Made by a program: the position numbers and the translations under genes. Below are positions 19,538 through 28,389 of a DNA stretch of 64,000 bases, piece after piece (position 1 is the first letter of the stretch; every line of letters starts with the position of its first letter). The notes under the pieces were generated by a model. It was not told the origin of the DNA. It saw nothing but the letters and a program-made list of their open reading frames with translations, and did not search any database. The stretch lies in IMG/VR virus record IMGVR_UViG_3300045988_028354; one strand, written 5' to 3'. Source of the DNA: a virus.

Positions 19538-21012
19538 CTTGCTTTTGTATTTTGGTCTCCACGAGATGGAGCCGGATTAGTTTTATCTCTTGACCTACGA
19601 GCAGATTGATTTTTATCATCTTGCCTTTGCTTCTTCTTAGTTCCCTCTTGAGGGTCTGAATTACCCTTAGCAAATTGGTCCTCAAGTGAAACTCTTGGTT
19701 CGTCTTCATCAGGAGAATCATAACCCATTGCCCAAGCATATTGGTCTTGGCTAATGATACCAGCCTTATATAATAAATCCAGATTTTGGATTTTATACTG
19801 AAGACCCTGTTGAACCTTAACTTCATCAGAGATAGTTGAAGTTCCCCATGATATCTTTATCCCCTTATTATCAAAGCCTGCCAGACGCAGTTCTAGAGAA
19901 TAAAGAAAATCTAATACATAAGTTACAAGCATTTGGATATTTTTTAACTGGCTGATTAACTTAGACAGCATTATACCCGTTGCTCCTTCTCCTGTTGTTG
20001 AACTAACTCCAATGAGGTTTCCATTAACTCCCAAACCATTTGCAACTGATTGCTGATTCATATTCCAGGGTTTCTCAATATTACCAAGTTCCTTGGTAGT
20101 TGAATTGAGTTTAAACTCATGGTCATCAATGTAACCAGTTACTATACCATCTTTCATACCATTACGAAGATTTCTTTTCAAATCTTTTAAGGTACGTTCA
20201 AGACGGGATTGATAAGCTTGTAAGCTTTCATTTGGATTCTGGTCTGGTTTAGTCATCTTAGCTTCCAAGAATCCTACCATACCAACCATTTCCATTATGT
20301 GTTTGAAGTTAACCTTCATATCATGTTGGCCTTTTAATGAATCCAATGCTGCCATAAATGGTGGAATCCCATAAGGTTCATCGGTATCATTAAACATACC
20401 AGCATACACATAAGTTTCTGGGTTTAGTTTAATATAATCTTGGTGCTTTACGAAGTAATTCTTATTCCTCTGGTAAGGAGAATATACTCCATTGTTCTCT
20501 CTTTTGAAAACAATGTTCTCGGGTCTAAGGAATAAGACTGTATCCAAACCATCCAACATATCATTAGGAACTCCTTCAACGGATATAGCTCCACTAACAA
20601 GGCATTGTACAATCATCTTATTAACTAGACCATCTATACCAGCAGTATACCTAGACCATTTCTTAGTAGCTTCAGTAAGATGTTTTCTCATCTTATCTGC
20701 TTCAGCATCTGAGTTGTTTGGGAATGTTACCGTATGACCAGTATTTGCCAACTTAAACATATCCTGCAAAGCAATGCCCATATCCGGATTTACCTTATAT
20801 AAATCACGAATCAAAGGGATTACTTCAACACGAAAAGAAGGATCTACCATTACGGTCATCCCTTTCAGAGTACTGAGTAAAGAGTTATCTTCATCTACTG
20901 ATACTCTACCAGGAGATATAGCAGCAGCTTTTGGCTTGCTTGGCTCCTTGTTTGATTCAGGAGGTGGGTCTTTCTTTCTACCCCAACTCCAATTAAAATT
21001 GAGCTTTTTCAT
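19534..21012 (-). CDS. portal protein (by position)
   Basis: 492 aa, directly downstream of terL with a 4-nt overlap. Basic C-terminal tail. Confidence 0.6.
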   Translation of the reverse strand: MKKLNFNWSWGRKKDPPPESNKEPSKPKAAAISPGRVSVDEDNSLLSTLKGMTVMVDPSFRVEVIPLIRDLYKVNPDMGIALQDMFKLANTGHTVTFPNNSDAEADKMRKHLTEATKKWSRYTAGIDGLVNKMIVQCLVSGAISVEGVPNDMLDGLDTVLFLRPENIVFKRENNGVYSPYQRNKNYFVKHQDYIKLNPETYVYAGMFNDTDEPYGIPPFMAALDSLKGQHDMKVNFKHIMEMVGMVGFLEAKMTKPDQNPNESLQAYQSRLERTLKDLKRNLRNGMKDGIVTGYIDDHEFKLNSTTKELGNIEKPWNMNQQSVANGLGVNGNLIGVSSTTGEGATGIMLSKLISQLKNIQMLVTYVLDFLYSLELRLAGFDNKGIKISWGTSTISDEVKVQQGLQYKIQNLDLLYKAGIISQDQYAWAMGYDSPDEDEPRVSLEDQFAKGNSDPQEGTKKKQRQDDKNQSARRSRDKTNPAPSRGDQNTKAR

Positions 21013-22517
21013 TTCGGTTGTACTATTACGTTAGTTTTTCCTTTTCTTATGTGATTACAGATTGCTTTACCGAATATAGAGTCATCTGCATATACATCCC
21101 CCTCTAGGTCTACATCTACTGTAGAATTATTAGCTCTATGCTTACCCATTGCAACTGGCCTACCTAAACCATCATATATGAAGGTATATGCTTCTTGAAC
21201 AAAGAAAGGGTCTTTAACAGTAATACTATCTTCTCGAATATCCTGTTCAAGTCCCTCTACAATAACAGAACGGTTCTTTTGTGTAGTTAACCATCCTGGA
21301 GATTTATCTACCTCAGGTCTAGATTTACCTTTCTTCTTAAGCATTTTCTGATAATAATACAGTTTAGGATAACCTTCAGTTTGAAGAGCAGAAGTTACTG
21401 CTAATCCAACATCATTGGATTCTGGAGCAATGGTAGCAAAGTTAAACAAATGCCCTGTATCTCCAAGTAACCTTGCATATTTATCTACTGAAAGTCTACC
21501 TTTGAATACTGCTTGTTCTTCTCCTTGTTTATCCATGCAAGTAAATGCAGAGTAGTCAGAAGACCTACCAGTTGAAACGTCAGCACCAATGAAATATTCC
21601 TTATCTGGTGCTGGTTCTAAGAATTGCCGATATTGACCATTGAATCTTTTCTTAATAACTGGATAATCACTAAGACAGTCTTCGATAGCTTTGATATCAG
21701 CTAAGTCGAAGACCGTATTTCCAGATGATAAGAAGTCACCATCGATTTCTTGTGCAGTTCTTTTTGTTCCAAGAGCAGAAGACATTTCATTGTACCAATT
21801 AATGTCTCGTTCTGGGTGCATTTGCCAATACAATCGTAGTGGGTTAAATGGGTTTCCACCTGCAATGGCATCAACCCAAGTTGAGTGGTAGAAGTTACCA
21901 ACTCCATAAGGAGTGGAATTGATGATAGCAGCTCCACCAGTGGAAAGAGTAGGAAAAGCGGCTGCCCAAATCTGGGCTGCCCATCTAACTACTGCTGCTT
22001 CATCAATTACCAGTAAGGATAGAGATTCTGAACGACCGGCTTCTGAAGACGTTGGGATAGATTCTATGAATGAGCCATTATCGAACTCTATCATTGATGC
22101 AGAACCATATTCTCCCGAACGACCATTTATAATCGGTGTCTGTAAATACCATGGCAGGTTTTTGTACATGAACTTAATCTTCTTAAGTACCTTCTTTGCT
22201 GTTGTGTCCTTGATTGAGATAATGTTAATCTTCTTGTTAGGATGATACATTGCCAACCATAGGCAGTACATAGATATAAGCTCCGTAATACCTGCCTGCC
22301 TGAACTTAAGCAGAATATTGAAACGTTCTTTTACGAAGTTATACAGAACCGATTTTTGATACGGGTAAAGTTCAAATCTTACCTTTCCCCTCATAGGGTG
22401 TATCACATAAGTGAAAAGGCTAAAGTAAAAAACATCATTACTAACCTTAGCAAGTGTTGCTAGTTCTTCCCTTGTGAGAGCAGATGTGTTAGTTTCTATG
22501 TTAATCTTCTTTGCCAT
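21009..22517 (-). CDS. terL: terminase large subunit
   Basis: Walker-A-like LLKFRQAGITE, Walker B LSLLVIDEAA, C-terminal nuclease-size domain. The track start at 22523 is TTG; the first ATG (MAKKINIE) is at 22517, 2 nt after the upstream stop. Confidence 0.85.
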   Translation of the reverse strand: MAKKINIETNTSALTREELATLAKVSNDVFYFSLFTYVIHPMRGKVRFELYPYQKSVLYNFVKERFNILLKFRQAGITELISMYCLWLAMYHPNKKINIISIKDTTAKKVLKKIKFMYKNLPWYLQTPIINGRSGEYGSASMIEFDNGSFIESIPTSSEAGRSESLSLLVIDEAAVVRWAAQIWAAAFPTLSTGGAAIINSTPYGVGNFYHSTWVDAIAGGNPFNPLRLYWQMHPERDINWYNEMSSALGTKRTAQEIDGDFLSSGNTVFDLADIKAIEDCLSDYPVIKKRFNGQYRQFLEPAPDKEYFIGADVSTGRSSDYSAFTCMDKQGEEQAVFKGRLSVDKYARLLGDTGHLFNFATIAPESNDVGLAVTSALQTEGYPKLYYYQKMLKKKGKSRPEVDKSPGWLTTQKNRSVIVEGLEQDIREDSITVKDPFFVQEAYTFIYDGLGRPVAMGKHRANNSTVDVDLEGDVYADDSIFGKAICNHIRKGKTNVIVQPK

Positions 22518-22519
22518 AA

Positions 22520-23170
22520 TCAAAAGTTATATGTTACTGAAAACTCTAAGTCAGCTTTTATTCCCGAAAAGAACTTCGGATAATGAAAAGCATTTATACC
22601 AAGTTTATAATTGAAATTAGTAGTCTTGATTGAAAGGCCTGTCCCTATGTCTAACATTTGATTAAAGACCCTATATTTACCATAAACGTATGGACTTAGA
22701 GTTAGTTTTCTAATTCTTTTTTGAGTTAATTGACCTTCATACCAATTGTACTTATACTTATCTAAGTCCATGTTAAACATTCTCGTTGAATAGGAGTTTG
22801 TTTCCTTGTTGAATAAACTTAGGTTCAATTGGTTTTTATCCAAGGTAAATTGGACCAGAGAATCTTCTCTACTAATTCTATTCGAAGTAACCGCTGTTGA
22901 ATCAGAAGCTTGGGGTTTAGTCGAATTGCTACTGTTTCGATAGAAGTCGTAGAGAAGAATTCTCTGGGGCTGAACCAATTGTGTATATGGTGATTGGGGC
23001 TTGAAGTTCTCTTTCAATTTGATTGTATCAGGAATGCCAATGACCGATGAATCAGGAAGTTGTCTGATATATGAATTCAGTTTGTAATTCCTGAAGCAAA
23101 GGTAAATAGTAAATCCTAGTAGCAAAAGGAACACAAAGTTCTTCCACTTGTTTTTATCTGTTTTCATCAT
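22520..23170 (-). CDS. membrane-anchored hypothetical protein
   Basis: 216 aa with one N-terminal TM helix (FVFLLLLGFTIYLCF). First gene after the 241-bp spacer. Confidence 0.55.
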   Translation of the reverse strand: MMKTDKNKWKNFVFLLLLGFTIYLCFRNYKLNSYIRQLPDSSVIGIPDTIKLKENFKPQSPYTQLVQPQRILLYDFYRNSSNSTKPQASDSTAVTSNRISREDSLVQFTLDKNQLNLSLFNKETNSYSTRMFNMDLDKYKYNWYEGQLTQKRIRKLTLSPYVYGKYRVFNQMLDIGTGLSIKTTNFNYKLGINAFHYPKFFSGIKADLEFSVTYNF

Positions 23171-23203
23171 CGCGAAAAAAAAATTAAATTATTACTAACT
23201 ATC

Positions 23204-23224
23204 GGTAATCGCTTTGCGATTACC
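23204..23224. other. GC-rich hairpin in the spacer upstream of the packaging operon
   Basis: Perfect 9-bp stem ggtaatcgc / gcgattacc with a 3-nt loop. The T-run follows it on the plus strand. Confidence 0.5.
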
Positions 23225-23310
23225 TTTTATCGAACGTAGTGAGATAAATTTCCTATATCCTAAAAACATATATCCAATATCTACTACAAACAATAGCTAT
23301 ATACGCATAT

Positions 23311-23356
23311 AAAAATATAGATATATATACGTAGTATATTATATATCTATATTTTT
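23311..23356. repeat. AT-only inverted repeat
   Basis: aaaaatatagatatatat ... ttatatatctatattttt, 17 of 18 positions complementary, 10-nt centre. Confidence 0.7.
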
Positions 23357-23373
23357 CAAAGGGTGGTTTGGAC

Positions 23374-23397
23374 TAATATATACTTTAGTATATATTA
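23374..23397. repeat. perfect 10-bp AT inverted repeat
   Basis: taatatatac-ttta-gtatatatta, 15 nt downstream of the methyltransferase stop. Confidence 0.7.
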
Positions 23398-23411
23398 ACA
23401 TTGAAGTGTAC

Positions 23412-24416
23412 CTAGACCCTTTTGATACATCGCCTAAACCAAATCCCAACTTCATATACTGAACCCTTGGCAATTGTATACCTTGCCTTGTTTAACCAAT
23501 AAAGGTAATTCTCTTGGTCAATGTAAATCTTAAACTGTTTAGGAAATCCCATGATTGCCTTGAAATCATTAATCCCAAGAGGATACCCATCAGGTCTAAA
23601 TTGCCTATCTGCAGGTCTTAAAGTTAAAGGTGGTTTATCTAACTCCAATCGATATACTCCTGGGAGAGTACTCATCTTAGCAGTTTTAATGGGCCATTTC
23701 TTCTCTTGCTTGAAAGCACTATTCCATAATACTTGAATCTTCTCAACAGTTAGATTCTTCTTTTCCGGAAGCTTTCGATAGTCATACATTGCAAGGGTCT
23801 TTTCTATCGGGATGTTATAATTACTCCCGTAAGGAGATACAAAGAGTAAATCTCTAGTAAGTTTTGGAGCTTTTACTTGGAATACTTCATCAAAAGCATT
23901 CAAGTATTTCTTACCGGTTTTCTTATGCACTCCAATGACAATTAAACGTTTCCTTGATACTTGGGAGTTCCCATAGTCAGAAACTGACCTTTCATGAAAA
24001 ATAAGTTTATAGTCCTTAAAGGTTTCCTCAAAGAATTCACAAGGAAGTAAAGATAGCAAACGAGGAAGATTTTCAATAAGAAAAATCTTAGGCTTATATT
24101 CTAATATTGCAGCAGTTACTAGATTTAAACTCCTGTTATCCTTAGGATTACCCAATTCTTTTACCTTTGAAAGCCTCATAATTGAAGCTATCCCGCAATC
24201 TGGGGAAGCAACCACAATATCTACTTTCTCATCAAATTCTTGTAAACAAAATCCCCTATAAAAGGGTATATCCCCAAAGTTTAACTTCCATTGACTCTCG
24301 CAACTAGTATGAAATACTCCTCTTGGTTCAATATTGGCTAGTATTTTATATTTCTTACTATGTAAAAATGGAAATAATAACGCCCCTTGGGCGGCTGAAA
24401 CACCTAATATATTCAT
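23412..24416 (-). CDS. DNA cytosine-5 methyltransferase-like protein
   Basis: 334 aa. FLIENLPRL (motif VI ENV-like), SDYGNSQVSRKRLIVIG (motif VIII DYG.PQ.R.R), FKAIMGFPKQF (motif IX GFP..F). Motif IV reads ASPDCG instead of the canonical PCQ. Confidence 0.65.
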   Translation of the reverse strand: MNILGVSAAQGALLFPFLHSKKYKILANIEPRGVFHTSCESQWKLNFGDIPFYRGFCLQEFDEKVDIVVASPDCGIASIMRLSKVKELGNPKDNRSLNLVTAAILEYKPKIFLIENLPRLLSLLPCEFFEETFKDYKLIFHERSVSDYGNSQVSRKRLIVIGVHKKTGKKYLNAFDEVFQVKAPKLTRDLLFVSPYGSNYNIPIEKTLAMYDYRKLPEKKNLTVEKIQVLWNSAFKQEKKWPIKTAKMSTLPGVYRLELDKPPLTLRPADRQFRPDGYPLGINDFKAIMGFPKQFKIYIDQENYLYWLNKARYTIAKGSVYEVGIWFRRCIKRV

Positions 24417-24418
24417 AT

Positions 24419-24943
24419 ATGAAAAATTTAGTTCAATGTAATGTACCCGGTTTTTGTAACTTATATGTTACTAAAGGAGGTAAAGCTTTTAAAATCCAAT
24501 CTAATAATACTCTAAAAGAGCTTAAAGTAGGTTATAGAACTAACTCTAAAAGAAATGGAACCTATATTAAGCCCACCGTTAGTGTTAGAGTTAGAGGTAG
24601 AAAACGTAACTCCAGACAAACTCTGGCAAGATTAGTGGCTTTAGCTTGGGTTCCCAATCCAGATAATAAAAATTGTGTATGCCACATAGACAATAACCCC
24701 TGTAACAATCATTATAAAAATCTATACTGGGGTACAGTTTCTGAAAATAATGCACAAAAACAAACTGATGGCCGAGCTAGAGTTTACTCTGATAGATTAA
24801 GGCTTAGAGTATATAGATATAAGTTGAGACATCCCAATACTACCTCAAGATACTTAGCCCAAAAATTTAAAATAAGTAAGACTAAAGCTCGGTCAATTGT
24901 AACGGGAAAAGATTATGTAATTAAAAATACTTATTTCTTGTAG
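24419..24943 (+). CDS. free-standing HNH homing endonuclease
   Basis: CVCHIDNNPCNNHYKNLYWGTVSENNAQ is an HNH_3-type core, with a C-terminal HTH-like tail. The track start at 24323 is TTG and lies inside the opposite-strand gene; the ATG at 24419 is used. Paralog of 42196..42690. Confidence 0.8.
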   Translation: MKNLVQCNVPGFCNLYVTKGGKAFKIQSNNTLKELKVGYRTNSKRNGTYIKPTVSVRVRGRKRNSRQTLARLVALAWVPNPDNKNCVCHIDNNPCNNHYKNLYWGTVSENNAQKQTDGRARVYSDRLRLRVYRYKLRHPNTTSRYLAQKFKISKTKARSIVTGKDYVIKNTYFL

Positions 24944-25281
24944 CTTCTAAGTTTTACATACTTAACCCAGGAATAATGTTTACGAGTTCGGATATACTCC
25001 AAGTCGTGGTCATTATTATGGGCTTCCTCTTCGAAGCTTACATCATGGTATCTTTCGCTTTGTTTGTTCCACTTAGCAAAGAACATGATGATTAGGTACT
25101 CGATTGCATACCATAAGTAGTAGAATATCCACAACATCTCTTGCATTTGCTTGAGATGAATGTGCTCATGGTTGTAATCATAAGTATCAAACTTAGCACC
25201 TTTTCTCACAAAGACAATTCCGAATAGGTTCATTGCCTTGTATCCCTTGAAAGGGATGAATTTGTTGTAAATTACCTTCAT
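24931..25281 (-). CDS. HExxH-motif protein with a hydrophobic helix (possible lysis accessory)
   Basis: 116 aa. NHEHIHLKQ followed by the hydrophobic stretch LWIFYYLWYAIEYLIIMFFA. TAATG overlap with the endolysin gene. Confidence 0.5.
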   Translation of the reverse strand: MKVIYNKFIPFKGYKAMNLFGIVFVRKGAKFDTYDYNHEHIHLKQMQEMLWIFYYLWYAIEYLIIMFFAKWNKQSERYHDVSFEEEAHNNDHDLEYIRTRKHYSWVKYVKLRSYKK

Positions 25282-25877
25282 TATATCTTATCTTTAAAGT
25301 TTTCGTAAGCGTTTTTTAACTTCTGGTCATAGGCATTTTCAGCATAACCAGGACCATTATACTTCCGAGCAAAGCCTGCCCAGTCATGTTCCTTCAGATT
25401 TTTCAAACAACTAGTGTTATTCATGTAGTAATACATGAGTTTTAGCTGACTTGCATGAGATTCTTGCATCTTTTTCACAAATTCAAAGACGTCTTTACAG
25501 CCACAATAGCTGTGATTGAAGCCCATAATCTGAAACATTCCCCAAGAAGCTGACTTCAAAGCACATTCTTCGTCAATTTTCTTGGCAATTTCGAGTCTTT
25601 TGTACTCATTTGCTCCTCCCAAGTACTTCGATTTATCCCATTTTGGGAAACAAATGGTAGGATAACTCTTTTGAGCGGCTACCGACTTGTCTAAACCGAA
25701 CTTGTTTTTGATTTCTTTGTACATAATGTGACCTTCAAACAGGATTTGAGGTCTACCATCTACTAAAAATCCATCTCTACCTGCTGCTTCAACCAGTTGT
25801 ACTGCCTTGAGAAGAGCTGGCTCTAGTCCTAAATCATTGGCTAAAGCCACAATCATTTCATTAGTTAACTTATCCAT
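25281..25877 (-). CDS. endolysin, N-acetylmuramidase (DUF3380-like)
   Basis: LLKAVQLVEAAGRDGFLVDGRPQILFEGHIMYK and SWGMFQIMGFNH match the conserved boxes of this muramidase family as I remember them. Confidence 0.7.
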   Translation of the reverse strand: MDKLTNEMIVALANDLGLEPALLKAVQLVEAAGRDGFLVDGRPQILFEGHIMYKEIKNKFGLDKSVAAQKSYPTICFPKWDKSKYLGGANEYKRLEIAKKIDEECALKSASWGMFQIMGFNHSYCGCKDVFEFVKKMQESHASQLKLMYYYMNNTSCLKNLKEHDWAGFARKYNGPGYAENAYDQKLKNAYENFKDKI

Positions 25878-25934
25878 AACGTTATATTTTAAAGTTCATT
25901 AAAGAAAAGAAAGTATTGCGTATACCTTATCTGG

Positions 25935-26474
25935 ATGATAGTTAGGAGTTCTATTATCTTATATAAAATTTATAATAATATGGAAGAGAAACTCACATGT
26001 CACTTATGTAATGCACCATTAAATTTGGATGATTACAATTTAACCAGGGTAATACCTCAATTAATGAAAGAAAAATCACTTTGCTTTCAATGTGCTTTTT
26101 GGCATAACATTAAAAACGAAGATGATAAGGTAAAGAAAGATTTTTCGATGGAAATAATCCCATTAATTACTCCGGATTACCGTCATTACACTATCCATTT
26201 TAATTCGCTATGGATAGAAACGGGTACTTTCAGAAGAGAACGTATTAAAACTTCAGAAAAGTATATAGCTATACTCACAGGAGATAACTCCATGATTATT
26301 AACTCATATAATAATTGGGGATTCCAGGGAATAATTCCAGAACACTCTAGAGAACTATTTACTCCAAATGGAATAACACTTACTCCTGTAGAACTTATGG
26401 AACTCTTAAGTCGTGAATCCTTTACCGCAGCAGATTTAAAAATTCTTATTGATAATTGCATTAAATCAGAATAA
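25935..26474 (+). CDS. hypothetical CxxC...CxxC protein
   Basis: 179-aa ORF. An alternative ATG at 25980 gives MEEKLTCHLCNAPL...CFQCAFW. First gene of the only plus-strand cluster. Confidence 0.55.
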   Translation: MIVRSSIILYKIYNNMEEKLTCHLCNAPLNLDDYNLTRVIPQLMKEKSLCFQCAFWHNIKNEDDKVKKDFSMEIIPLITPDYRHYTIHFNSLWIETGTFRRERIKTSEKYIAILTGDNSMIINSYNNWGFQGIIPEHSRELFTPNGITLTPVELMELLSRESFTAADLKILIDNCIKSE

Positions 26475-26487
26475 TTTTGTATATTTG
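26425..26487 (+). promoter_or_regulatory. Bacteroidota-type promoter (plus strand)
   Basis: TATATTTG at 26480..26487, TTGCA 24 nt upstream, CCGCAG ending at 26430 (57 bp from the last G of the -7 box). ATG of the next gene at 26512. Confidence 0.6.
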
Positions 26488-26511
26488 CATAAACATTTTA
26501 ATAATAAAGAT

Positions 26512-26898
26512 ATGAAAAAGAACAAAGAAACCAAAAAGCTAAAGGAGGGTGAAGAAGTCATTTTCTCTGATGGCAAAACCTTAATGGAGAAAGTAATCGT
26601 AGAATCTATCGATAAGAAAGGTGGGTTTGCAGTACTGAGCAATAAGGTAAAAGTATCAAGAACTATCGGACCAGATGGGTTCTATACAAGGTTAGATGGT
26701 AAATCCTCAATGGTATTACCTTTAACCGACAAATCCGAATTGGATTACCAAGCATTCAAATCTTACTTCTCTATTAAGAGAAACCTGGAATTTATCGAAG
26801 CCAAGATAAAAGATATGAAGGACAAAGAGTTCAGTGAACTAATCGTAGAATTAGATAAGAAGATATCCAAAATCGTAACAAAATACTTTGAACAATGA
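26512..26898 (+). CDS. hypothetical protein
   Basis: ATG at 26512 (MKKNKETKK...), 25 nt after the -7 box. The track start at 26449 would overlap the promoter. Confidence 0.6.
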   Translation: MKKNKETKKLKEGEEVIFSDGKTLMEKVIVESIDKKGGFAVLSNKVKVSRTIGPDGFYTRLDGKSSMVLPLTDKSELDYQAFKSYFSIKRNLEFIEAKIKDMKDKEFSELIVELDKKISKIVTKYFEQ

Positions 26899-27107
26899 CA
26901 ACTTGGATAATCTTGGGTATCATATATGCCGTATGCTATATACCTGCATGTTTTATTACTAGAGTAATTACCTCATCACACCCAATGAAAAGGGTGGGGT
27001 TCTTTTTCCTAACAGTCTGGTTAATCATGCCTCTATTTCCGATATATTTACTAATCACATACTTTAAGAACTATGAACAGAGAAATAACAACGAAGAAGG
27101 TAGGTAG
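26895..27107 (+). CDS. small two-TM membrane protein (holin-like topology)
   Basis: 70 aa, two hydrophobic helices and a charged C-terminus. ATGA overlap with the upstream gene. Confidence 0.55.
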   Translation: MTTWIILGIIYAVCYIPACFITRVITSSHPMKRVGFFFLTVWLIMPLFPIYLLITYFKNYEQRNNNEEGR

Positions 27108-27252
27108 GCAAAAGAAGCTTACCAACCCATGCCCAGTAATTAAGGGAGAAGTACAGATAATGGTAGGAAGTCCAAAGTGTATTACCTGCCAATGGTTTGA
27201 AAGAAAATTCGAGAAAGATGGAAGAGCCTACGTTCACTGCAATCGATTATAA
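27073..27252 (+). CDS. possible 59-aa zinc-ribbon-like protein (not in ORF track)
   Basis: Hand-translated MNREITTKKVGRQKKLTNPCPVIKGEVQIMVGSPKCITCQWFERKFEKDGRAYVHCNRL. Fills the 27108..27217 gap but overlaps both neighbours by ~35 nt. Confidence 0.3.
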   Translation: MNREITTKKVGRQKKLTNPCPVIKGEVQIMVGSPKCITCQWFERKFEKDGRAYVHCNRL

Positions 27253-27751
27253 CTCCTTAGAGAATAAGGTAATCGGAGGATTGGTAAGAGACAACTACTC
27301 AAAGATAAAGAATACTTTCTACAAGGTATTCAATAAAAGAGTAAAAAATCCCAATTCACCTGTAGGATTATGTGCTGACCTAATTGAGGCTTCTAATTAT
27401 AAGGATGACCCAGATAGGACTCTTTGGAGAAAGGTAATTAAATCTTGGTTCACTCCACAAAGGTTTAACCTTACCCATGTATACTTTGGATATTCTACTC
27501 CTTTAATCCAACATCTGAAGGAAGAAGTTCTAGATATAAATGGGAGGGTATGGTTCAAGGTACCATTAGAAAAGCTTAAGGACCACGAATACCTTATGGG
27601 AACAGCATTTTGGTTCCCTGTATCTAAAGAATATAATGCTGAACGTATTAAAATACTAGAGTGTGCTCTTGAGGACTTAGAGAGAATTAAAAGGGAGGGA
27701 GAACCAAAGCTCCCTCCTATTACCTTTGAAGAACCTAAAATATACCCATGA
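27218..27751 (+). CDS. hypothetical protein
   Basis: First ATG (MEEPTFTAIDYNS...). The track start at 27197 is TTG. Confidence 0.6.
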   Translation: MEEPTFTAIDYNSLENKVIGGLVRDNYSKIKNTFYKVFNKRVKNPNSPVGLCADLIEASNYKDDPDRTLWRKVIKSWFTPQRFNLTHVYFGYSTPLIQHLKEEVLDINGRVWFKVPLEKLKDHEYLMGTAFWFPVSKEYNAERIKILECALEDLERIKREGEPKLPPITFEEPKIYP

Positions 27752-27960
27752 TGGAAGATTTAGCAAAGCTTACCAAAGAGGAAGAGGAAATCCTTATGCT
27801 TACCGAAGAGATTTGGAATAGGTTTTTGGCATTACCTATCAATCATCCGATGGAGGCAAATGAGATAGCGATGAAGATACATGATATCCAGAGGATGATT
27901 ATATCTAGGCCTGGATTTAGGATGAACCAAGAAATGTTTAGGCAATATGGTAACGGTTGA
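27748..27960 (+). CDS. hypothetical protein
   Basis: 70 aa, ATGA overlap with the upstream gene. Confidence 0.55.
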   Translation: MMEDLAKLTKEEEEILMLTEEIWNRFLALPINHPMEANEIAMKIHDIQRMIISRPGFRMNQEMFRQYGNG

Positions 27961-28213
27961 TACAGTATATGAGGATGAATTTAAGAGAATCCTAAGGTGT
28001 TCTGAGGGTAATAGGGTTTGGTATCAGTTATGGATTACTGATTTGGATATGAATTGTATTGAAAGATACTTTAAAGGTTATAATGAAGTTAAGAGATGGT
28101 GGTTACCTAATCTTCAAATGTGGTATGTTTTCTTTTATCGAAAGAATGGTGGTAAGGTTAAGGGAGTATTAGGTAGGGAAAGGACCAATAACTTATTAGG
28201 TAGTATTCTGTAA
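27947..28213 (+). CDS. hypothetical protein
   Basis: 88 aa, ATG checked, last gene of the plus-strand cluster. Confidence 0.55.
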   Translation: MVTVDTVYEDEFKRILRCSEGNRVWYQLWITDLDMNCIERYFKGYNEVKRWWLPNLQMWYVFFYRKNGGKVKGVLGRERTNNLLGSIL

Positions 28214-28355
28214 TAAGTTGCCAGGGATATTAGGTCTCTGGCTTCTTTGTGTGTGCATGTGTGGTCTAGGTACCCCTTAATACGAGGAGCGATTTTTGTG
28301 TGGTAGTAAATGGGGGGAACGGTTACGTTAAATTTAACATTCAAAAATAAAAAGT

Positions 28356-28383
28356 AAGGGACAAATAAAAATGTTTGTCCCTT
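28356..28383. terminator. bidirectional hairpin terminator at the convergence point
   Basis: Perfect 10-bp stem aagggacaaa / tttgtccctt, 8-nt loop, T-rich runs on both sides. Confidence 0.65.
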
Positions 28384-28389
28384 TCAATT

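Noticed and set aside
19530-19826. Overlapping same-strand ORFs such as 19530..19826, 40281..40478, 16824..17054, 17154..17393, 21701..21937 and 54591..54824.
   Set aside because: They lie fully inside longer ORFs that carry recognisable motifs or have better context.
28135-28344. 69-aa minus-strand ORF overlapping the end of the plus-strand cluster.
   Set aside because: It overlaps 27947..28213 antisense and lies beyond the bidirectional terminator relative to the minus-strand genes. It is probably spurious.
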